Shown here piece after piece: positions 11,907-23,500 of a DNA stretch of 64,000 bases (positions are counted from its first letter, which is position 1; the number at the start of each line of letters is the position of its first letter). The position numbers and the translations under genes were made by a program. The DNA lies in assembly GCF_037042905.1 (NCBI RefSeq), contig NC_087250.1, forward strand, positions 15,316,001 through 15,380,000, written 5' to 3'. The notes under the pieces were generated by a model. That model worked only from the letters and a program-made list of their open reading frames with translations. It searched no databases and was not told the origin of the DNA. This DNA comes from Lytechinus pictus. Taxonomy: Eukaryota.

Positions 11907-14250
11907 AATACCGGAAGGTCAATGATGCGTGAAAACTGACTCGTATGTATGATATGTTGCCAGTATTGATTCCTGAAAATTTGAGCTCGAATTGAATAAA
12001 AACTAGAAAGTTATGGCCATTTTACGATTTTTTGACTTTACATTTCAATAAATATGAAGTTTTTGAAGGAAGGCTATTTCAGATTGGAATTTAGGGCATG
12101 TAGATGGCATTTTGAAGGTCAGGTTATACGTCGCAGATGATGGAGCAACTCTTTGACTATCTATAGCAATTTGTTAGAAGTCTGTAGCATGCAGGATGCG
12201 GGAGTTAGGACGAGATTAGTAATGGTATGCAAATGGACTTGAAATTTACAAAATGGCGCCTTGATGGTCATGCATGAGTGATTTTGGAAAATGGAAGACG
12301 AGGTGCACAACTAGGGATGCTGGACAACATGTCTACAAAGTTTGGATGAATTTGGATGAGGGACGGAGCCAGGGTAGAGCTAACAAAAACCATGTGTTAA
12401 ACAAATGGGATTTGGTGGAAGAAGAAGAAGAAGAAGACGACGGACTAGAACTGCAATCGTTTCATTACGATGTGCATGCATTGACGTGTCTGATTGAAAG
12501 GTCAAGTCCACCTCAGAAAAATGTTGATTTGAATCAATAGGAAAAAATCAGACAAGCACAATGCTGAAAATTTCATCAAAATCGGATGTAAAATAAGAAA
12601 GTTATGACATTTCAAAGTTTCGCTTATTTTTAACAAAAGAGTTATATGAACGAGCCAGTTACATCCAAATGAGAGAGATGATGATGTCACTCACTCAAAA
12701 TGGTGCATGCACTGTCATGCATGAATGATTTTAGAAAATGAAATAAGAGATACGCAATAATGCATCATGGACAACATGTCTACCAAATCGGAATGAATTT
12801 GGATGAGGAGCGGAGGCAGGGGAGGACTAACAAAAATTACACGTTAATCAAAGTGGATTTTGGTACATTTTGCCCTCCATAGGAAGTTACATTCTCGAGT
12901 CAAACAGATTTCGTCCATTTTTAGACCAAATGGCCGCTCAACAAAGAGAGAGAAGGGAGAGAAAGACACAGAGAGAGTGATATGAATAAGCATACACATT
13001 TCCCGGACAGTTCATTAACGTAACTCAGTGTAAAGTACATAGCAGAACGATGTGCATGCATAATACGTTATGCCATAGACATTGTGTACAATGCTTTCGT
13101 TGATAATGTGTGCATTGTGAGTAGTATACCATGTGTTCAGATTGGCTTATCTTGAAATTTTCTGTTGTAACCTATGTCGTATTTGGTATCACTGGATAGG
13201 GCATTCCAATGCGGTGACATTGATACCACTCTTTTTTGTGCGCAAGCAATAGACCGGAAGTAAATGCCATATAAAGAAAGACATTAAAAATGACAGTTTT
13301 GCACAATAATTTTGAGCTGACGTCAGCTCTATGTCAGTTTCTGTCACAAAAGGTTAACGAACGGTTGAAATATATATCAATACTCATATCTGCCAAGTTA
13401 GAAAGGATAAACTTCAATAATAAGGAAATAAGAGCAAGTTGAAGTTGTGCTGGCATTATAGTGCATTTTTGCGTATTTTGCTGATTTTCGGGAGCATTTT
13501 TCAGATATTTCGTCAGTGGTAAGGTATATTTTTTTCTAAATGGCATGAAAGGGTATATCTTGAACACCCTAAATCTAAAAAAGGGTACGGGTTTGGCCAT
13601 GCATGACGCAATGAGGAGCATTCAAAGATAAGCGTTTTTGAAACTTTAGAGGGCGCTATTTCAGTAACGGAAATTTAGTGATGCGTGAAAAATGATTCCT
13701 ATGTATGATATGGTACCAGTATCAATTCCTGAAAATATGAGCTCAAAATGAATAAAAACAAGAAAGTTATGGCCATTTTACGATTTTTTGACTTTACATT
13801 TCAATAAATATGACGTTTTTGAAGGAAGGCTATTTCGGATTTGAATTTAGGGCATGAAGATGGCATTTTGAAGGTCAGGTTATACGTCGCAAATGATGGG
13901 GCAACTCTTTGACTATCTATAGCAATTTGTTAGAAGTCTGTAGAATGCAGGATGCGGGAGTTAGGACGAGATTAGTAATGGTATGCAAATGGACTTGAAA
14001 TTTACAAAATGGCGCCTAGATGGTCATGCATGAGTGATTTTGAAAAAAGGAAGACAAGGGGCACATCTAGGGATGCTGGACAACATGTCTACCAAGTTTG
14101 GATGAATTTGGATGAGGGACGGAGCCAGGGCAGAGCTAACAAACACCATGTGTTAAACAAATGGGATTTTGTGGAAGAAGAAGAAGAAGAAGAAGACTAG
14201 AACTGCAATCGTTTCATTACGATGTGCATGCATTGACGTGTCTGATTTAA

Positions 14251-14448
14251 AGGTCAAGTCCACCTCATAAAAATGTTGATTTGAATCAATAGGGAAAAAT
14301 CAGACAAGCAAAATGCTGAAAATTTCATCAAAATCGGATGTAAAAAAAGAAAGTTATGACATTTCAAAGTTTCGCTTATTTTTAACAAAAGAGTTATATG
14401 AACGAACCAGTTACATCCAAATGAGAGAGATGATAATGTCACTCACTC
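14251..14448 (+). mobile_element. Captured ~200-bp end of a TTAA-type (Kolobok-like) non-autonomous transposon; present in every unit, shown here for unit 3
   Basis: TTAA|AGGTCAAGTCCACC...AAATTTCATCAAAATCGGATGTAAAA...TCACTCACTC. TTAA is intact in units 3, 15 and 23. The family is recognised from memory of sea-urchin repeats and no partner TIR is present. Confidence 0.55.
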
Positions 14449-15568
14449 AAAATGGTGCATGAAATGTCATGCATGAATGATTTTAGAAAATGAAATAAGA
14501 GATACACAATAATGCATCATGGACAACATGTCTACCAAATCGGAATGAATTTGGATGAGGAGCGGAGGCAGGGGAGGACTAACAAAAATTACATGTTAAT
14601 CAAAGTGGATTTTGGTACATTTTGCCCTCCATAGGAAGTTACATTCTCGAGTCAAACAGATTTCGTCCATTTTTAGACCATATGGCTGCTCAACAAAGAG
14701 AGAGAAGGGAGAAAAAGACACAGAGAGTGATATGAATAAGCATACAAATTTCCCTGACACTTCATTAACGTAACTCAGTGTAAAGTACATAGCAGAACGA
14801 TGTGCATGCATAATACGTTATGCCATAGACATTGTGTACAATTCTGTTGTTGATAATGTGTGCAATGTGAGTAGTATACCATGTGTTCAGATTGGCTTAT
14901 CTTGAAATTTTCTGTTGTAACCTATGTCGTATTTGGTATCACTGGATAGAGCATTCCAATGCGGTGACATTGATACCACTTTTATTTGTGCGCAAGCAAT
15001 AGACCGGAAGTAAATGCCATATAAAGAAAGACATTAAAAATGACAGTTTTGCACAATAATTGTAACCTGACGTCAGCTCTATGTCAGTTTTTGTCACAAA
15101 AGGTTGACGAACGGTTAAAGTATATATCAATACTCATATCTGCCAAGTTAGAAAGAATAAGCTTCAATAATAAGGAAATAAGAGCAAGTTGAAGTTGTGC
15201 TGGCATTATAGTGCATTTTTGCGTATTTTGCTGATTTTCGGGAGCATTTTTCAGATATTTCGTCAGCAGTAAGGTATATATTTTTCTAAATGGCATGAAA
15301 GGGCATATCTTGAACACCCTAAATTTAAAAAAGGGTACGGGTTTGGCCATGCATGACGCAATGAGGAGCATTCAAAGGTAAGCGTTTTTCAGACTTTAGA
15401 GGGCGCTATTTCAATAACGGAAGGTCAATGATGCGTGAAAACTTACTAATATGTATGATATGGTACCAATATCAATTCCTTAAAATATGAGTTTGAAATT
15501 CATAAAAACAAGAAAGTTATGGCCATTTTACGATTTCTTGACTTTACATTTCAATAAATATGAAGTTT

Positions 15569-15621
15569 TTGTCTCACCTGCATAGCAGAGTGAGACTATA
15601 GGCGCCGCTTTTCCGACGGCG

Positions 15622-15664
<43 letters not shown>

Positions 15665-16558
15665 CGGCGGCGTCAACACCAAATCTTAACCTGAGGTTAA
15701 GTTTTTGAAATGACAGCATAACTTAGAAAGTATATGGACCTAGTTCATGAAACTTGGCCATAAGGTTAATCAAGTATTACTGAACATCCTGCCTGAGTTT
15801 CATGTCACATGACCAAGGTCAAAGGTCATTTAGGGTCAATGAACTTAGACCATGTTGGGGGAATCAACATCAAAATCTTAACCTAAGGTTAAGTTTTTGA
15901 AATGTCATCATAACTTAGAAAATATATGGACCTAGTTCATGAAACTTATACATAAGGTTAATCAAGTATCACTGAACATCCTGCATGAGTTTCACGTCAC
16001 ATGACCAAGGTCAAAGGTCATTTAGGGTCAATGAACTTTGGCCGAATTGGGGGTATCTGTTGAATTACCATCATAACTTTGCAAGTTTATGGATCTGATT
16101 CATGAAACTTGGACATAATAGTAATCAAGTATTACTGAACATCCTGTGCAAGTTTCAGGTCACATGATCAAGGTCAAAGGTCATTTAGGGTCAATGAACT
16201 TTGGCCAAATTGGGGGTATTTGTTGAATTACAGCCATAAATTTGAAAGTGTGTTGGTCTAGTTCATAAAACTTGGACATAATAGTAATCAAGTATCACTG
16301 AACATCCTGTGCGAGTTTCAGGTCACATGATCAAGGTCAAAGGTCATGTAAGGTCAAAGAACTTTGGCCACGTTGGGGGTATTTGTTAAATTGCCATCAT
16401 ATCTCTATAAGTGTATTGGTCTAGTTCATAAAACGTGGAAATAAGAGTAACCAAGTATCACTGAACATCTTGTGCGAGTTATAGTAGTTTTCAAAATCAG
16501 CACTGCTGCTATATTGAATCGCGTGATGCAGGTGAGACGGCCAGAGGCATTCCACTTG
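15569..16558 (+). mobile_element. 990-bp HINE/DINE-1-like element of a second family, inserted in unit 3
   Basis: TT, then subterminal IR GTCTCACCTGCAT (15571-15583) with local IR GTGAGAC (15590-15596), (GGC)n, 163-192 bp core tandem repeats, ATGCAGGTGAGAC (16526-16538), GCCagaGGC hairpin and CTTG end. It interrupts the host GAAGTTTTTGAAGG. Confidence 0.9.
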
Positions 16559-18734
16559 TTGAAGGAAGGCTATTTCGGATTTGAATTTAGGGCATGAAGA
16601 TGGCATTTTGAAGGTCAAGTTATACGTCGCAGATGATTGAGCAACTCTTTGACTATCTATAGCAATTTGTTAGAAGTCTGTAGCATGCAGGATGCGGGAG
16701 TTAGTACGAGATTAGTAATGGTATGCAAATGGACTTGAAATTTACAAAATGGCGCCTGGATGGTCATGCATGAGTGATTTTGGAAAATGGAAGACGAGGT
16801 GCACAACTAGGGATGCTGGACAACATGTCTACAAAGTTTGGATGAATTTAGATGAGGGACGGAGCCAGGGTAGAGCTAACAAAAACCATGTGTTAAACAA
16901 ATGGGATTTTGTGGAAGAAGCAGAAGAAGAAGAAGACTAGAACTGCAATCGTTTCATTACGATGTGCATGCATTGACGTGTCTGATTGAAAGGTCAAGTC
17001 CACCTCAGAAAAATGTTGATTTGAATCAATAGGGAAAAATCAGACAAGCACAATGCTAAAAATTTCATCAAAATCGGATGTAAAATAAGAAAGTTATGAC
17101 TTTTCAAAGTTTCACTTATTTTTAACAAAATAGTTATCTGAACGAGCCAGTTACATCCAAATGAGAGAGTTGATGATGTCACTCACTCACTATTTTGAAC
17201 GAGCCAGTTACATCCAAATGAGAGTGATGATGATGTCACTCACTCAAAATGGCGCATGCACTGTCATGTATGAATGATTTTAGAAAATGAAATAAGAGGT
17301 ACACACTAATGCATCATCGACAACATATCTGCCAAATGAATTGTGATGAGGAGCGGAGGCAGGGGAGGAATTAAAAAAAATTACATGTTAATCAAAGTGG
17401 ATTTAGGACATTATGCCCTCCATAGGAAGTTGCATTCTCGAGTCAAACAGATTTCGTCCATTTTTTTACCATGGCCGCTCAACAAAGAGAGAGAAGGGAG
17501 AGAAAGACACAGAGAGAGTGATATGAATAAGCATACACATTTCCCTGACAGTTCATTAACGTAACTCAGTGTAAAGTACATAGCAGAACGATGTGCATGC
17601 ATAATACGTTATGCCATAGACATTGTGTACAATTCTGTTGTTGATAATGTGTGCATTCTGAGTAGTATACCATGTGTTCAGATTGGCTTATCTTGAAATT
17701 TTCTGTTGTAACCTATGTCATATTTGGTATCACTGGAAAGAGCATTCAAATGCGGTGACATTGATACCACTTTTATTTGTGCTCAAGCAATAGACCGGAA
17801 GTAAATGCCATATAAAGAAAAACATTAAAAATGAAGGTTTTGCACAATAATTTTAAGCTGACGTCAGATTTTTGTCAGTTTCTGTTACAAAAGGTTGACG
17901 AACGGTTGAAGTATATATCAATACTCATATCTGCCAAGTTAGAAAGGATAAGCTTCAATAATAAGGAAATAAGAGCAAGTTGAAGTTATGCTGGCATTAT
18001 AGTGCATTTTTGCGTATTTTGCTGATTTTCGGGAGCATTTTTCAGATATTTTGTCAGCGGTAAGGTATATATTTTTCTAAATGGCATGAAAGAGCATATC
18101 TTGAACACCCTAAATCTAAAAAAGGGTACGGGTTTGGCCATGCATGACGAAATGAGGAGCATTCAAAGATAAGCGTTTTTGAAACTTTAGAGGGCGCTAT
18201 TTCAGTAACGGAAATTCAGTGATGCGTGAAAACTAACTCGTAAGTATGATATAGTACCAGTATCAATTCCTAAAAATATGAGCTCGAAATGAATAAAAAC
18301 AATAAAGTTATGGCCATTTTACGATTTTTTGACTTTACATTTCAATAAATGTGACGTTTTTGAAGGAAGGCTATTTCGGATTTGAATTTAGGGCATGAAG
18401 ATGGCATTTTGAAGGTCAAGTTATACGTCGCAAATGATGGGGCAACTCTTTGACTATCTATAGCAATTTGTTAGAAGTCTGTAGAATGCAGGATGCGGGA
18501 GTTAGGACGAGATTAGTAATGGTATGCAAATGGACTTGAAATTTACAAAATGGCGCCTAGATGGTCATGCATGAGTGATTTTGAAAAAAGGAAGACAAGG
18601 GGCACAACTAGGGATGCTGGATAACATGTCTACCAAGTTTGGATGAATTTGGATGATGGACGGAGCCAGGGCAGAGCTAACAAACACCATGTGTTAAACA
18701 AATGGGATTTTGTGGAAGAAGAAGAAGAAGAAGA

Positions 18735-20559
18735 CTAGAACTGCAATCGTTTCAGAACGATGTGCATGCATTGACGCGTCTGATTGAAAGGTCAAGTCTA
18801 CCTCAGAAAAATGTTGATTTGAATCAATAGGGAAAAATCAGACAAGCGCAATGCTGAAAATTTCATCAAAATCGGATGTAAAATAAGAAAGTTATGACAT
18901 TTCAAAGTTTCGCTTATTTTTAACAAAAGATTTATATGAACGAGCCAGTTAAATGAGAGAGATGATGATGTCACTCACTCAAAATGGCGCATGCACTGTC
19001 ATGCATGAATGATTTTACAAAATGAAATAAGAGGTACACAATAATGCATCATGGACAACATGTCTACCAAATCGGAATGAATTTAGATGAGGAGAGGAGG
19101 CAGGGAGGACTAACAAAAATTACATGTTAATCAAAGTGGATTTTGGTACATTGTACCCTCCAGAGGAAGTTACATTCTCGAGTCAAACAGATTTCGTCCA
19201 TTTTTAGACCATATGGCCGCTCAACAAAGAAAGAGAAGGGAGAAAAAGACACAGAGAGAGTGATATGAATAAGCATATAAATTTCCCTGACAGTTCATAA
19301 ACGTAACTCAGTGTAAAGTACGTAGCAGAACGATGTGCATGCATAATACGTTATGCCATAGACATTGTGTACAATTCTGTTGTTGATATTTTGTGCATTG
19401 TGAGTAGTATACCATGTGTTCAGATTGGCTTATCTTGAAATTTTCTGTTGTAACCTATGTCGTATTTGGTATCACTTGATAGGGCATTCCAATGCGGTGA
19501 CATTGATACCACTTTTATTTTTGCGCAAGCACTAGACCGGAAGTAAATGCCATATAAAGAAAGACATTAAAAATGACAGTTTTGCACAATAATTTTGAGA
19601 TGACGTCAGCTCTATGTCAGTTTCTGTCACAAAAGGTTAACGAACGGTTGAAGTATATATCAATACTCATATCTGCCAAGTTAGAAAGGATAAACTTCAA
19701 TAATAAGGAAATAAGAGCAAGTTCAAGTTGTGCTGGCATCATAGTGCATTTTTGCGTATTTTGCTGATTTTCGGGAGCATTTTTCAGATATTTCGTCTGT
19801 GGTAAGGTATATTTTTTTCTAAATGGCATGAAAGGGCATATCTTGAACACCCTAAATCTAAAAAAGGGTACGGGTTTGGCCATGCATGACGCAATGAAGA
19901 GCATTCAAAGATAAGCGTTTTTGAAACTTAAGAGGGCGCTATTTCAATACCGGAAGATCAATGATGCGTGAAAAGTATGTCGTAAGTATGATATGTTGTC
20001 AGTATCAATTCCTGAATATATGAGCTCGAATTGAATAAAAACAAGAAAGTTATGGCCATTTTACGATTTTTTGACTTTACATTTCAATAAATATGACGTT
20101 TTTGAAGGAAGGCTATTTCGGATTTGAATTTAGGGCATGAAGATGGCATTTTGAAGGTCAGGTTATACGTCGCAAATGATGGGGCAACTCTTTGACTATC
20201 TATAGCAATTTGTTAGAAGTCTGTAGAATGCAGGATGCGGGAGTTAGGACGAGATTAGTAATGGTATGCAAATGGACTTGAAATTTACAAAATGGCGCCT
20301 AGATGGTCATGCATGAGTGATTTTGAAAAAAGGAAGACAAGGGGCACAACTAGGGATGCTGGACAACATGTCTACCAAGTTTGGATGAATTTGGATGAGG
20401 GACGGAGCCAGGGCAGAGCTAACAAACACCATGTGTTAAACAAATGGGATTTTGTGGAAGAAGAAGAAGAAGAAGAAGAAGAAGAAGAAGAAGAAGAAGA
20501 CGACGGAATAGGAATACGGAACAAGAACAATGCATTGTCGCCGTTGGGCGTCAATGCAA
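18735..20559 (-). mobile_element. Representative full-length unit with both termini (1825 bp)
   Basis: Minus-strand order: TTGCATTGACGC (5' subterminal IR, also pairing with the nearby GCGACAATGCA), (TTC)n, body, GCGTCAATGCA (3' subterminal IR, 11 bp perfect), hairpin TGCAcATCGTT-loop-AACGATTGCA, then GTTCTAG. Confidence 0.85.
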
Positions 20560-23500
20560 AGAAGAAGAAGAAGAAGAAGACGACGGAATAGGAATACGGA
20601 ACAAGAACAATGCATTGTCGCCGTTGGGCGTCAATGCAAAGACGACGGAATAGGAATACGGAACAAGAACAATGCATTGTCGCCATTGGGCGTCAATGCA
20701 ACTAGAACTGCAATCGTTTCCGAACGATGTGCATGCATTGACGCGTCTGATTGAAAGGTCAAGTCCACCTCAGAAAAATCTTGATTGGAATCAATAGGGA
20801 AAAATCTGAAAAGCACAATGCTGAAAATTTCATCAAAATCGGATGTAAAATAAGAAAGTTATGACATTTCAAAGTTTCGCTTATTTTTAACAAAAGAGTT
20901 ATATGAACGAGCCAGTTACATCCAAATGAGAGAGATGATGATGTCACTCACTCAAAATGGTGCATGCACTGTCATGCATGAATGATCAAAATCGGATTTA
21001 AAATAAGAAAGTTATGACATTTCAAAGTTTCGCTTATTTCTAACAAAATAGTATTAATTATGAACGAGCCAGTTACATGCAAATGAGAGAGATGATGATG
21101 TCACTCACTCAAAATGGTGCATGCACTGTCATGCATGAATGATTTTAGAAAATGAAATAAGAGGTACACAATAATGCATCATGGACAACATGTCTACCAA
21201 ATCGGAATGATATGGATAAGCATACACATTTCCCTGACAGTTCATTAACGTAATTCAGTGTAAAGTACATAGCAGAACGATGTGCATGCATAATACGTTA
21301 TGCCATAGACATTGTGTACAATTCTGTTGTTGATAATGTGTGCATTCTGAGTAGTATACCATGTGTTCAGATTGGCTTATCTTGAAATTTTCTGTTGTAA
21401 CCTATGTCATATTTGGTATCACTGGAAAGAACATTCAAATGCGGTGACATTGATACCCCTTTTATTTGTGCTCAAGCAATAGACCGGAAGTAAATGCCAT
21501 ATAAAGAAAAACATTAAAAATGAAGGTTTTGCACAAAAATTTTAAGCTGACGTCAGATTTTTGTCAGTTTCTGTTACAAAAGGTTGACGAACGGTTGAAG
21601 TATATATCAATACTCATATCTGCCAAGTTAGAAAGGATAAGCTTCAATAATAAGGAAATAAGAGCAAGTTGAAGTTGTGCTGGCATTATAGTGCATTTTT
21701 GCGTATTTTGCTGATTTTCGGGAGCATTTTTCAGATATTTTGTCAGCGGTAAGGTATATATTTTTCTAAATGGCATGAAAGAGCATATCTTGAACACCCT
21801 AAATCTAAAAAAGGGTACGGGTTTGGCCATGCATGACGAAATGAGGAGCATTCAAAGATAAGCGTTTTTGAAACTTTAGAGGGCGCTATTTCAGTAACGG
21901 AAATTCAGTGATGCGTGAAAACTAAGTCGTAAGTATGATATGGTACCAGTATCAATTCCTGAAAATATGAGCTCGAAATGAATAAAAACAATAAAGTTAT
22001 GGCCATTTTACGATTTTTTGACTTTACATTTCAATAAATGTGACGTTTTTGAAGGAAGGCTATTTCGGATTTGAATTTAGGGCATGAAGATGGCATTTTG
22101 AAGGTCAGGTTACACGTCGCAGATGATGGAGCAACTCTTTGACTATCTATAGCAATTTGTAAGAAGTCTGTAGAATGCAGGATGCGGGAGTTAGGACGAG
22201 ATTAGAAATGGTATGCAAATGGACTTGAAATTTACAAAATGGCGCCTTGATGGTCATGCATGAGTGATTTTGGAAAATGGAAGACGAGGTGCACAACTAG
22301 GGATGCTGGACAACATGTCTACAAAGTTTGGATGAATTTGGATGAGGGACGGAGCCAGGGTAGAGCTAACAAAAACCATGTGTTAAACAAATGGGATTTG
22401 GTGGAAGAAGAAGAAGAAGAAGACGACGGACTAGAACTGCAATCGTTTCATTACGATGTGCATGCATTGACGTGTCTGATTGAAAGGTCAAGTCCACCTC
22501 AGAAAAATGTTGATTTGAATCAATAGGAAAAAATCAGACAAGCACAATGCTGAAAATTTCATCAAAATCGGATGTAAAATAAGAAAGTTATGACATTTCA
22601 AAGTTTCGCTTATTTTTAACAAAAGAGTTATATGAACGAGCCAGTTACATCCAAATGAGAGAGATGATGATGTCACTCACTCAAAATGGTGCATGCACTG
22701 TCATGCATGAATGATTTTAGAAAATGAAATAAGAGATACGCAATAATGCATCATGGACAACATGTCTACCAAATCGGAATGAATTTGGATGAGGAGCGGA
22801 GGCAGGGGAGGACTAACAAAAATTACACGTTAATCAAAGTGGATTTTGGTACATTTTGCCCTCCATAGGAAGTTACATTCTCGAGTCAAACAGATTTCGT
22901 CCATTTTTAGACCAAATGGCCGCTCAACAAAGAGAGAGAAGGGAGAGAAAGACACAGAGAGAGTGATATGAATAAGCATACACATTTCCCGGACAGTTCA
23001 TTAACGTAACTCAGTGTAAAGTACATAGCAGAACGATGTGCATGCATAATACGTTATGCCATAGACATTGTGTACAATGCTTTCGTTGATAATGTGTGCA
23101 TTGTGAGTAGTATACCATGTGTTCAGATTGGCTTATCTTGAAATTTTCTGTTGTAACCTATGTCGTATTTGGTATCACTGGATAGGGCATTCCAATGCGG
23201 TGACATTGATACCACTCTTTTTTGTGCGCAAGCAATAGACCGGAAGTAAATGCCATATAAAGAAAGACATTAAAAATGACAGTTTTGCACAATAATTTTG
23301 AGCTGACGTCAGCTCTATGTCAGTTTCTGTCACAAAAGGTTAACGAACGGTTGAAATATATATCAATACTCATATCTGCCAAGTTAGAAAGGATAAACTT
23401 CAATAATAAGGAAATAAGAGCAAGTTGAAGTTGTGCTGGCATTATAGTGCATTTTTGCGTATTTTGCTGATTTTCGGGAGCATTTTTCAGATATTTCGTC

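Noticed and set aside
20499..20701. CRISPR-like array of palindromic repeats
   Set aside because: There are no unique spacers (only GAA leftovers) and no cas genes, and the context is eukaryotic.
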